The notes under the pieces were generated by a model. That model was not told the DNA's origin, searched no databases, and saw only the letters and a program-made list of their open reading frames with translations. The position numbers and the translations under genes were made by a program. Shown here piece after piece: positions 1-8,212 of a stretch of 24,983 bases of DNA (its first letter is position 1; each line of letters opens with the position of its first letter). This DNA is from Oligoflexales bacterium (lineage in GTDB: Bacteria > Bdellovibrionota_B > Oligoflexia > Oligoflexales > Bog-1112): assembly GCA_045105515.1 (NCBI GenBank), contig JBGCDR010000409.1:1-24983 (forward strand), in the 5' to 3' direction.

Positions 1-36
1 CTCATACCTTTGCTCATAAGTGAGATTGGCAGACAT
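1..36 (-). CDS. Transposase N-terminus (partial), IS30-family-like
   Basis: Translates MSANLTYEQRYE, matching the 'LTxEeRyxI' start typical of IS30 transposase HTH domains. Runs off the edge. Confidence 0.65.
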   Translation of the reverse strand, partial: MSANLTYEQRYE

Positions 37-138
37 AAATACCCCTTTCTTGCAAGCAGATTAGCCTCATAGACTAAACTAAATCCGCCTTCCGAAGCGA
101 TGGAATTTTTTCTTCTGCACTTAATCTAGCAATCCGCC
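1..138 (-). mobile_element. Left end of an IS30-family-like insertion sequence (terminal IR plus transposase start), truncated by the window edge
   Basis: 3..138 is the exact reverse complement of 24848..24983 and identity stops abruptly at the terminus GGCGGATTGCTAGATTAAGTGCAG, which resembles IS30-family IRs. RBS GAAAGGGG precedes an ATG at 36. Confidence 0.8.
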
Positions 139-348
139 TCCTCTTATCCGATTTTTGCAAATAGCCTTTGGAGTGTTATCAGCAAGTCCTTTTATCGTGT
201 TTTTACCCTCATTCATGGCCATTGAGAATACTACCCAGTACAGAATCAAACCATGTCTGTGTTTCCAGGTACCTGAGATTCGTAGAAATATAGCCCTGAG
301 TTGATCGGGTAAGGATGAAAATCGAAAGTAGTCAACTCCATCCATCAA
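121..348 (-). pseudogene. Possible hypothetical gene interrupted by the IS
   Basis: 75-codon ORF whose last codons (GGLLD*) lie inside the IS end. No recognisable homology. Confidence 0.2.
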
Positions 349-634
349 TTAATCATAACAGGTTGATATTACATATATATTATATGGCGGTTTTTTCTGT
401 TTTTACATCATATCTTTTGCGGTTTCATGATTATACATGGAAAGTAGGTGTTAATGGGAGCTTAATCTTCGTCTTGCCAGTATAAAGCCTTATTGGAAAT
501 TGGATTTGATAAGTTGGATATTTTTAATTTCAAAAAAGGTGAATTTATGACTAGCTTCAATATTATAGCTATCAAGTCTTAGCATCTTTTTGGCCTTGGA
601 GGTTTGCTATTGCGATTGCAAACTGTGAGCAATT

Positions 635-958
635 TTAACTTAAAGATACGAATATTATTAATGCTGTTGAAGACAAAGAATAAGTGAAGGCTTGTACCAA
701 TAAACAATGTTCCCTTAAAAAAATTCTTTGCATGCAAATTTCATCAGCAGCAATGACACAGACACTAATAAAGCTTAAAAATAGTGCTGTTTCTGTATTG
801 CTCTTAAAGAAATTCAAGATAGAAAATATAATGCTTGTCAAAATGGTAAGTCTAAATAACAGACGCATACCAACACTGATTTGATCGTAGTTGCTTTTGG
901 GGGCAACGCAAACTAAACAGGATGTGATATGAAAGAAAAGGATGGGAAATACTAACAT
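635..958 (-). CDS. Small hypothetical membrane protein (about 4 hydrophobic segments)
   Basis: 107-aa hydrophobic ORF with GGAG upstream of the ATG. Confidence 0.55.
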   Translation of the reverse strand: MLVFPILFFHITSCLVCVAPKSNYDQISVGMRLLFRLTILTSIIFSILNFFKSNTETALFLSFISVCVIAADEICMQRIFLREHCLLVQAFTYSLSSTALIIFVSLS

Positions 959-993
959 TTTAAAAATTGCTCCAATAAGATTTTTTGTTCAAT

Positions 994-1128
994 TTAAGTG
1001 GATCGTTTTTTTTCGTTACTTTTACAGGTTCTGTACCTAAATACCTTATTTGCATTGCTACCTAAGTCACAGTTCAGCTTAAGAAGTTTGAAAAATATTT
1101 GATAATCTATTGATTTAATTGGTTTCAT
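994..1128 (-). CDS. Small 44-aa basic protein (not in ORF track)
   Basis: Manual translation MKPIKSIDYQIFFKLLKLNCDLGSNANKVFRYRTCKSNEKKRST*. Strong RBS AAGGAGA just upstream. Fur box and sigma28-like promoter further upstream. Confidence 0.5.
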   Translation of the reverse strand: MKPIKSIDYQIFFKLLKLNCDLGSNANKVFRYRTCKSNEKKRST

Positions 1129-1147
1129 ATAAATCTCCTTCAAATAT

Positions 1148-1166
1148 GATAATGATAATAACTATC
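1148..1166. promoter_or_regulatory. Fur box
   Basis: GATAATGATAATAACTATC matches the classical Fur consensus GATAATGATAATCATTATC at 17 of 19 positions. Confidence 0.65.
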
Positions 1167-1183
1167 AATATCAATAATATTCG

Positions 1184-1210
1184 AAATCGGTGTTTTTTCC
1201 AATTGCTTTA
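1184..1210 (-). promoter_or_regulatory. Putative sigma28 (FliA) promoter
   Basis: TAAA-N15-ACCGATTT on the minus strand versus consensus TAAA-N15-GCCGATAA. Points to the ATG at 1128. Confidence 0.45.
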
Positions 1211-1397
1211 GAAATTAAATTTGAGAGTTTAATTTAGATAGAGAAAATAAGGGTTTATGTTTCTTGCTGTTTTCTTGGCCAAAAGTAATTATGGTATGCC
1301 CGCCCATAGAATATGATGGCCAGTTGCGGCAATGGCTAATGAGATGGTTTTTTTACTTGCAACTCATAGGAAATCTTACGATTCTTGCAGAGCGTAT

Positions 1398-1499
1398 GTA
1401 TGGACGTATGGACGTATGGACGTATGGACGTATGGACGTATGGACGTATGGACGTATGGACGTATGGACGTATGGACGTATGGACGTATGGACGTATGG
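1398..1499. repeat. Perfect 8-bp tandem repeat (GTATGGAC) x 12.75
   Basis: 12 full units at 1398..1493 plus GTATGG. Intergenic. Confidence 0.97.
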
Positions 1500-1538
1500 G
1501 CATCCCACTTTTTGCTCTCAGTATGACCATAAACCTGG

Positions 1539-1607
1539 GTGATCCCGAGCAAAGTCGAGGGATCTTAAATGCTTATGGGGAGAGGTCTCCATTGCAGCCG
1601 ATGTGGC
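1539..1607. repeat. Degenerate inverted pair of REP-like palindromes
   Basis: GTGATCCCGAGCAAAGTCGAGGGATCT (1539..1565) followed by an opposite-orientation degenerate copy GAGAGGTCTCCATTGCAGCCGATGTGGC (1580..1607). Similar to the elements at 10671 and 22832. Confidence 0.55.
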
Positions 1608-1645
1608 TAAGATATTGGTATCTTTAACAAACATATAGGGTTAGC

Positions 1646-2455
1646 TTGATGGAAAATGAAGTGCTTCCCAGTGCACAGGATGTGGCGCAAATAAAAACAT
1701 ATAATCAACGGGCATGGGATCTTTCAGTCTTGGCAGAAAATCGTTGGACTGTGCCAGTAAGCAGCCAGCAGATCGAAGAAGCAAGGCAAGGGAACATAAA
1801 CATAGTACTCACACCTAAAAAAAAGATTCCTGATAACTGGCTATCTGATGTGCGAGGTAAGCGCATCTTAGCCTTGGCATCTGGCGGTGGTCAACAAGCA
1901 CCAATACTGGCAGCAGCTGGTGCTCAGGTGACGGTTTTGGATTTATCAGCTAAGCAGCTTGGCCAAGATCAAAAAGTTGCTGACCGTGAAGGCCTGGACT
2001 TAGAGCTGATCCAGGGATCGGCAGATAAAATGGATATGCTTGCAGACCAGACCTTTGATCTAATTATCAACCCAGTGTCTAATTGTTTTTTTCCAGATTT
2101 AAAACCGGTTTGGAGTGAGTGTGCTCGGGTTTGTAAGTCAGGAGGAAACCTGCTGTTTGGTTTCAATAAACCTGAAGTTTATTGCTTTGACTTCGAGAAA
2201 GCTAATCTAGGCGAATTTATTATGAAGTATCCACTTCCATATTCTGATCTAAATAGTCTTGATGAAACTGAGAAAAAAAGATTTATGCGGCCTGAATGTC
2301 CCCTTGAGTATAGTCATAGCCTGACGGATCAGCTGGGGAGCCTCCTGCGTTCTGGTTTTAGCATTATTGATTTGTATGAGGATGAATATGATACCGACGA
2401 ACCCATCAACAAGTTTTTCCCACAATTTATAAGCGTGAATGCGAAAAGATTTTAA
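1646..2455 (+). CDS. Class I SAM-dependent methyltransferase
   Basis: Motif I ILALASGGGQQ, motif II VTVLDLS, FDLI and 'ARVCKSGG' post-motifs. Start may be the ATG at 1649. Confidence 0.92.
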   Translation: MMENEVLPSAQDVAQIKTYNQRAWDLSVLAENRWTVPVSSQQIEEARQGNINIVLTPKKKIPDNWLSDVRGKRILALASGGGQQAPILAAAGAQVTVLDLSAKQLGQDQKVADREGLDLELIQGSADKMDMLADQTFDLIINPVSNCFFPDLKPVWSECARVCKSGGNLLFGFNKPEVYCFDFEKANLGEFIMKYPLPYSDLNSLDETEKKRFMRPECPLEYSHSLTDQLGSLLRSGFSIIDLYEDEYDTDEPINKFFPQFISVNAKRF

Positions 2456-2466
2456 AGAGTATTTTA

Positions 2467-2937
2467 ATGAAAGAAAAAGTTTGTCCCTGCGGATCTCAAT
2501 CACCTTACGGCGAGTGCTGTTTACCCTATATCGAAGGAAGTAAGCAGGCTGTAGAACCACAGAATCTCATGCGTAGTCGTTATACGGCATTTTGTGAAAA
2601 TGCTATCAAATACCTTGAAGATACCTGGCATCCTGAAACCTTACCTGAGGATCTAGGAAGTGATGAACCCAATAAGTGGGTATCACTTGAATTAATTGAA
2701 TGGGATCATGATGAAGACGAAGGTGAGGTGGAATTTAAGGCCAGTCTAATTTATGAAGACAGGCTAGAAACGCTGCATGAACGCAGTTTATTTTTGTTTG
2801 AAAATGGTAGATGGCTTTATCATTCTGGAGAGTTTTTGAATGATGGGAACCATATGCGTAAACTCAAAAAGGGGGAACCCTGTCCTTGTGGAAGTGGGAA
2901 ATCTTTCAAGAATTGTCATTTGAAGAATAAGTCCTGA
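2467..2937 (+). CDS. ychJ: YchJ-family (UPF0225) SEC-C metal-binding protein
   Basis: N-terminal CPCGS..YGECC, LMRSRYTAF, YLEDTWHP, HERSLF, GRWLY and C-terminal PCPCGSGKSFKNCH. Confidence 0.9.
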   Translation: MKEKVCPCGSQSPYGECCLPYIEGSKQAVEPQNLMRSRYTAFCENAIKYLEDTWHPETLPEDLGSDEPNKWVSLELIEWDHDEDEGEVEFKASLIYEDRLETLHERSLFLFENGRWLYHSGEFLNDGNHMRKLKKGEPCPCGSGKSFKNCHLKNKS

Positions 2938-2960
2938 TTCCAAGGTTTTTATGTTGATGT

Positions 2961-2998
2961 GGGATGCTGCCTTAACGTCCCTCGGGACTGGGCATGAC
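2961..2998 (-). repeat. REP-like palindromic element
   Basis: Reverse complement reads GTCATGCCCAGTCCCGAGGGACGTTAAGGCAGCATCCC, with a GTCAT head, ATCC tail and internal hairpin. Confidence 0.4.
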
Positions 2999-3061
2999 CT
3001 TGACCTTGAGCTGAACTTGGCAGTCTGTTAGTCTAGCACCCATAAGTTTATAAAAAATACG

Positions 3062-4501
3062 GTGGTTACTATGCACCTTTCCATGATTGTAAGCTTTGTC
3101 TTATGTTTGTTGATAATGCTTGTGATAGGGATTGCCTCTAGTCGGCAAGCGAAGCAGACCTCTCAGGACTACCTACTCGCTAGCCGCAAAGTCCCAGCAT
3201 GGATGGCAGCCTTATCTGCAGTATCCACCACATGCAGTGGCTTTATGTTCATAGGCCTCATTGGAGTGACTTACTTAAATGGAGTGAGTGGTTACTGGAT
3301 AGGCTTGGGCTTGGTGCTAGGGCAGTTTATTGTTTGGCGCACCTGCTTTCAAGCATTTCGCGAAAAGTCTGGGAAGATTAAAGCTCAGACCATACCTCAA
3401 TTTTTAGCAAGTTTTTCTAGTGGTGAGTCGGTGGTGGTGAGAAGAGTTCTTGCCCTGCTTCTGTTAGTATTTTTGGGCACCTATGCTGCAGCCCAATTAA
3501 GTGCTGGCAGCAAAGCCTTGCATGTGCTGTTTTCCTGGGATTACGCTGTAGGGGCGGTGCTAGGTGCTTTGGTAGTTCTTCTTTACTGCCTTGCAGGTGG
3601 AATTAGAGCTTCAATTTGGACTGATGCAGCACAATCTTTGCTGATGATCTTTGCGATTTGCTTGCAGATAGGTGTTTGTATATGGGAAATTGGGGGCCCT
3701 CTGAACCTCCTTGCACAGCTAAAAAGCATGGATCCTAGTCTCGCTACTATGCAAATTGGTAGCAAGCTAAACACCTTCGGGTTTTTCTTTGGTTGGCTTG
3801 CAGTAGGCTTGGGTGTCCTAGGTCAGCCCCATATCATGGTAAGGGCCATGGTTGTGGAGTCAAGCAAAGCAATAAGGCTCACTCGACGTTATTTTTTCTC
3901 TTACTATGTTGTTTTTATTTTTTTAGCTACGACCGCAGGACCATGCTGCCGAGTCTTGCTTCCTAGTATTGAAGCCTTTGACGCCGAACTAGCTTTACCT
4001 ATGCTAGCGCAGGAATACTTACCAGGTTTTTTGGTAGGGCTTATCTTAGCTGGGATTTTTGCTGCCACTATGTCCACTGCTGACTCGCAAATTATTTCTT
4101 GCTCGGCAGCTTTGAGTCACGATTTGTTTGGCGGGTCTTTGCAGAAGTTAAAATATGCCAAGTTAGGAACCATCTTGATGACCGGGGTATCGCTAATTGT
4201 AGCCCTCAACGCCAATGAAACTGTTTTCGCCCTTGTTATTTTTTCCTGGTGTGCGCTGGCCTCGGCTATGGGACCGCTGATGGTGATTCAGTCTCTGTCC
4301 TGGCCCATCAGGCCCGCAACTGCTCTGATAATGATCCCTTCAGGTATTGGGGTAGCACTTGTTTGGAGGATCCTAGGTTGGTCACCTTTTGTCTCTGAAG
4401 CACTTCCAGGCATGATGGTACCTTTCTTGGTTTATGGATTGGTGGAATTTGTGCTCTTCAAAGCAAGTGATCCAGAGCAAGGAATCCAATCAAAAATATA
4501 A
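3062..4501 (+). CDS. putP: Sodium:solute symporter, PutP (Na+/proline)-like
   Basis: Highly hydrophobic. SSS motifs DYLLASR, GGIRASIWTDAAQ, LGQPHIMVR and FAATMSTADSQ. Confidence 0.88.
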   Translation: MVTMHLSMIVSFVLCLLIMLVIGIASSRQAKQTSQDYLLASRKVPAWMAALSAVSTTCSGFMFIGLIGVTYLNGVSGYWIGLGLVLGQFIVWRTCFQAFREKSGKIKAQTIPQFLASFSSGESVVVRRVLALLLLVFLGTYAAAQLSAGSKALHVLFSWDYAVGAVLGALVVLLYCLAGGIRASIWTDAAQSLLMIFAICLQIGVCIWEIGGPLNLLAQLKSMDPSLATMQIGSKLNTFGFFFGWLAVGLGVLGQPHIMVRAMVVESSKAIRLTRRYFFSYYVVFIFLATTAGPCCRVLLPSIEAFDAELALPMLAQEYLPGFLVGLILAGIFAATMSTADSQIISCSAALSHDLFGGSLQKLKYAKLGTILMTGVSLIVALNANETVFALVIFSWCALASAMGPLMVIQSLSWPIRPATALIMIPSGIGVALVWRILGWSPFVSEALPGMMVPFLVYGLVEFVLFKASDPEQGIQSKI

Positions 4502-4602
4502 TCATCTAATATTACGATTATAATTTTTTTTTTCAAAAAACTCTTCATATAGTTACTGAATTCTGACGAAGAGGGGGAGGCCTAGAAGGATCGGAGGAAG
4601 AT

Positions 4603-5010
4603 GTGTTGGATTTAGAAAAGAAAATAAGTCGCTCGAAGCGAGTTGATGAGAGACTAGCACTTCAGATTAAAACCTTTGGTAGCCCTGAGGTCTACCAGTT
4701 CCATACTTTAAATATTTCTCACTCCGGGGTCTTGGTTGCATGTTATGATGTTGTCCCATTTAACAAAAATACCATTTTGGAGATTACACTTGACCCCGAG
4801 GTAAACACTCTTAAAAAGTCCATGTATGCTCTTGGGCGAATTGTCCGTATTGTCAAAGGTTATTCCCAAGGCTTCCAAAAATACAAGTCAAACCTTGGTG
4901 AAGATATGGACATAAAGTCAGTTATGGGGATAACCATTTTTGATCTCAACGATCAGGATCAAAAAATATGGAGAGAGTTTGTTCTTGATGCAAGCTTGCA
5001 TGCAGCCTAG
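4603..5010 (+). CDS. PilZ-domain protein
   Basis: Basic N-terminal SRSKR motif, NISHSG (D/NxSxxG), GRIVRIV and MGITI beta-strands. RBS GGAGG. Confidence 0.8.
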   Translation: MLDLEKKISRSKRVDERLALQIKTFGSPEVYQFHTLNISHSGVLVACYDVVPFNKNTILEITLDPEVNTLKKSMYALGRIVRIVKGYSQGFQKYKSNLGEDMDIKSVMGITIFDLNDQDQKIWREFVLDASLHAA

Positions 5011-5026
5011 AGGACCTTTTTTGATT

Positions 5027-5248
5027 TCATCTATAGCGGTATTTTGACTTCCCAAACCAATTTTTTTTCCATCGATATTCATCCATTCGGTAGTGACCTT
5101 TTTTAATTTTTATCAGATCTTTTCTTCTAAGCTCTTCTATTTTAATAAGATCAATCACAACTTGTTCTATTTCTTTTTTGTATATTAATGCACCAGCCCA
5201 GATTTGTTCCTTAGTTCGTGGGATAGTTGCTTGAATTCCTTTAAACAT
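5027..5248 (-). CDS. Hypothetical ORF, possibly the -1 frameshifted C-terminus of 5185..5850
   Basis: 73 aa, overlaps the upstream ORF by 64 nt in the -1 frame, no clear RBS. Confidence 0.35.
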   Translation of the reverse strand: MFKGIQATIPRTKEQIWAGALIYKKEIEQVVIDLIKIEELRRKDLIKIKKGHYRMDEYRWKKNWFGKSKYRYR

Positions 5249-5850
5249 TTTTCTTTTTGGTTTTCGATATAGTCTACGATCATAGAATCATCTATGTCCC
5301 AAGAAAGCCTATCAATTTCGTAAGCGATTTCTTCAAGTTCTTCATCGATGAGATAGTAGTATTTTTCCACAAGTTGGTCCAAGCTATCAATCCAAGATTT
5401 TGAATTATTTTTATTCTTTAAATCATCTAAGTTTTCAGGATTTAGGTAGGCTTCATCTTTCTCATTTTTGACCATATTGCTGACTTCTGGGAGATACCTA
5501 TTTAGCCAAAGGGACTCAATTCTTTTTAGGAATTTTCGTGTTATCATGTCCAGCTCGTTATTGAGTTTTCCTTTAATTCTTGACCTTGATTCCATCTGCA
5601 AAAAATTTTCTTTTTCTTCCAGATTCATGCTAGCTAGCATGGATTTTCGTCCACTTTTTCTTTTTTGTTGCAATCCAGTACGTCTAGATTTGTCGCGCCT
5701 TTCTCTTTTTAATTTTTCTTGATAATAGTGATTAGTATTGCTTCTGTAATGGTTTTGTGAAGCTGTAAGAATGGGATGTGCATAACTTGAGCTGAAATCA
5801 GTAGATAGATAAAAGATATACAATACTATAGATGTTTTTAGATTGTTCAT
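5185..5850 (-). CDS. Hypothetical secreted helical protein
   Basis: 221 aa with a signal-peptide-like N-terminus (..SSYA|HP), a charged helical body and RBS AGAGGA. Confidence 0.7.
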   Translation of the reverse strand: MNNLKTSIVLYIFYLSTDFSSSYAHPILTASQNHYRSNTNHYYQEKLKRERRDKSRRTGLQQKRKSGRKSMLASMNLEEKENFLQMESRSRIKGKLNNELDMITRKFLKRIESLWLNRYLPEVSNMVKNEKDEAYLNPENLDDLKNKNNSKSWIDSLDQLVEKYYYLIDEELEEIAYEIDRLSWDIDDSMIVDYIENQKEKCLKEFKQLSHELRNKSGLVH

Positions 5851-5980
5851 ATTTTCCTCTTAGTTCCGGGAAAGACAATACTGTAGTTATGGTTTACTTA
5901 GGTATATCTTAAAAAGAAAGGAAAAAGGACCACTCTTTTGGTAGATGGTCGAAACTTAGATAGCACTGTAAAAATTCTTA

Positions 5981-7882
5981 TCAAGAAGCTTGTTTGTATT
6001 CTGTACCAGATAGATCACTGTTTTGATATACATCAGGGTTTTCTTCATGGGCCGATCTGTCTCGACCTAATAGCTGGCGCATAATCATGACAGTGTTATC
6101 CAAATTGTGAGCTTTTTCTTGGATAAGGACACTTGTAGCTGCAGTTTCATCCGCAGAAGCTTTGTTCTTTTGGTTGACTTGGTCAAGCTGCTGGATTGCC
6201 TCGTTGATTTGATTGAGTCCAGTGCTTTGTTCGTTAGAAGCATTGAGAACTTCTTCTGATTTTTCATTAAGTGATTTTGCGGACTCGAGAATTTCAACTA
6301 ATGTTTTAGAGTATTCTCTAACTAATTGCGAACTAGAAGTAACCCTTTTTGAGTTTACATCAGCTATTGAATTAGATTCTTTAACCGCTTCATTCACGAT
6401 AGCTGAAATTTCAATAGCAGACTTCCCACTGATTTGGGCAAGCTTGCCTACCTCTGAAGCTACCACTGAAAAACCTCTGCCGTATTCCCCTGCTCTTTCA
6501 GCTTCAACTGAAGCGTTAAAGGATAGTAGCTTGGTCTGGAGAACAATTTCATCAATCATATCGGTTTTATCACTAATTCCAGAAATCAACTTAGAAATAT
6601 TTTGGACTTGCTGATTGCTTTCCTCTATCTTTTCAATCGAGTTGATTAGATTCGTCATAGTAGACGTACTTTCTTCTGCGAGATTAGAGACTGTTTTAGA
6701 ACTCTCCGTTGATTCTCTTGCCCGCTCCAAATTATTCTTAGTCATAGCGGCAATTTCTTCAACAGAAGCAGCGGTTTCTTCTATGGAACTTGACTGTGAT
6801 ATTGAAGAAAGATTCATTTCCTTGCTTGCCTGATTAAGGGCAGTAGATGTGCTTAAAAGGTCGTTAGACAATGACTCAAAACTCGCTAGCATGCCTAAAA
6901 GATCTTGCTTTATCTTCACGGTCAGGTAATAGATTAACAAACCCACTCCCAAAAAGAATACTGCCATAGTAACTATCATAATAATTAAGGATCTTTGACT
7001 AGCAGCAGTATTCGTTGTTATGGCTTGCTTGATTATTATAATTTCTTCTTCTGATATACCTTTAAGGTTTTTTATTGCTTGACTAATGGTGCCAAAAAAA
7101 GCCTCTCCATCTTCACCGAATCCTCCTTCATTGGAGAGCACGATGACATTTTGGAAAACATTATCAACTTTTTTCCATTGGCTAGAATTTTCTAGAGCTT
7201 TCAATTTTTCGAAGGTTTGTGGAAATGCTTTTATTGAATTTGATGAAAAATTTGCCGAGACAGTGCCTTTCAGGCCAAGAATCGCATTAAATTGTTCATT
7301 ACTATAAGGGAGATCATTTTTAAGGATTGAAGAAAGCCTAGCCCTAAGCAAGCCCATGGCTTCTCCTGTTTCGCCCAGAGCAATATAATTTCTCAGACGG
7401 GACATGACAGCAGCAGGAATGCCCGATATATCGATAGTTTCTAGTGCTATAAAGCTTCTGACGATTTCCGAATAATCGGCAATGATACCTTCTTTTGTTC
7501 CCGAGGTGTCAACCTTACTACGAGTCCTTTTAATGTTGTCTGACAGTTGGTAAATCGCAGAAAATCTTGGCAAAGATTCCTTATTTTCTTCATAGTAACT
7601 GGTAAGATCTGCCAACTTGCCATTGGTCGTATCTCGCAGTTCATTTAGCTTTTTGGTCAAGGTTCGACCAGAACTTATAAATAATGCTGAATAGCCTCTC
7701 TCTGTTTGCGTCGCAGATACGAGGTGGCTTATTTTTTCCACTGCCACTAAGTCTTTTTGGGCGAGCTTCAGATTACTGATGTTTTGGGAATTTTGGTAAG
7801 CGATGAAAGATATTATACCTGCAAAAGCTAGACATGGAATTATCGCAATCAGGATGATTCGTTTTATTAAAGAAATTTTCAT
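5981..7882 (-). CDS. Methyl-accepting chemotaxis protein with NIT (nitrate/nitrite-sensing)-like periplasmic domain
   Basis: Two TM helices, NIT-like [12 protein letters not shown] and EAMGLLRA motifs, MCP tip [30 protein letters not shown]. Confidence 0.92.
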   Translation of the reverse strand: MKISLIKRIILIAIIPCLAFAGIISFIAYQNSQNISNLKLAQKDLVAVEKISHLVSATQTERGYSALFISSGRTLTKKLNELRDTTNGKLADLTSYYEENKESLPRFSAIYQLSDNIKRTRSKVDTSGTKEGIIADYSEIVRSFIALETIDISGIPAAVMSRLRNYIALGETGEAMGLLRARLSSILKNDLPYSNEQFNAILGLKGTVSANFSSNSIKAFPQTFEKLKALENSSQWKKVDNVFQNVIVLSNEGGFGEDGEAFFGTISQAIKNLKGISEEEIIIIKQAITTNTAASQRSLIIMIVTMAVFFLGVGLLIYYLTVKIKQDLLGMLASFESLSNDLLSTSTALNQASKEMNLSSISQSSSIEETAASVEEIAAMTKNNLERARESTESSKTVSNLAEESTSTMTNLINSIEKIEESNQQVQNISKLISGISDKTDMIDEIVLQTKLLSFNASVEAERAGEYGRGFSVVASEVGKLAQISGKSAIEISAIVNEAVKESNSIADVNSKRVTSSSQLVREYSKTLVEILESAKSLNEKSEEVLNASNEQSTGLNQINEAIQQLDQVNQKNKASADETAATSVLIQEKAHNLDNTVMIMRQLLGRDRSAHEENPDVYQNSDLSGTEYKQAS

Positions 7883-7918
7883 AGCGACCCAACTCCATCC
7901 ATTAGGGTTCTAAGGTAC

Positions 7919-7945
7919 CCATCGGAAAGGGTGGGAGAAGCTTTA
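7919..7945 (-). promoter_or_regulatory. Putative sigma28 (FliA) promoter of the MCP gene
   Basis: TAAA-N15-TCCGATGG ending 36 nt upstream of the MCP ATG. MCP genes are classical sigma28 targets. Confidence 0.6.
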
Positions 7946-8106
7946 CTTAATTATCAACTGTTTTCCGACTTAGCATTTATTTTTTGGGCTGGTAAATCCC
8001 CTAAATATATTAGCAAAATGACTCAAAACCCTGGGCAAGAAATCCAATTCTCAAAGTGAAATTGAGGGATGTAATGACCTTAAACCCTTCGGTAATTTGC
8101 GATTCT

Positions 8107-8133
8107 TTAATTTGCTTGTTCGGATTCCGATAA
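8107..8133 (+). promoter_or_regulatory. Putative sigma28 (FliA) promoter of the LPMO-like gene
   Basis: TTAA-N15-TCCGATAA. Confidence 0.55.
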
Positions 8134-8212
8134 GAATAACAGGTGTAGGTCCTTACACTTGTTTACATAAAATGGTTTTCTTTATGAAAAACCTAATAAA
8201 GAGGTTGTTCCC

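Noticed and set aside
958..1128. A8 tract as a phase-variable switch fusing the 44-aa ORF to the 107-aa ORF
   Set aside because: The frame of the 107-aa ORF has a TGA between the tract and its ATG, so slippage would not fuse them.
1264..1627. Four overlapping ORFs with YGRMDVWT / IRPYVHTS repeats
   Set aside because: They arise because the 8-bp repeat has no stop codon in any frame. No convincing RBS or coding signal.
4546..4572. Sigma28-like site before the PilZ gene (CATA-N15-GACGAAGA)
   Set aside because: Both elements are too degenerate to support.
7914..7941. c-di-GMP-I riboswitch-like GAAA hairpin
   Set aside because: Wrong strand for the adjacent MCP, lacks the second hairpin and conserved flanks, and is better explained as a sigma28 promoter on the minus strand.
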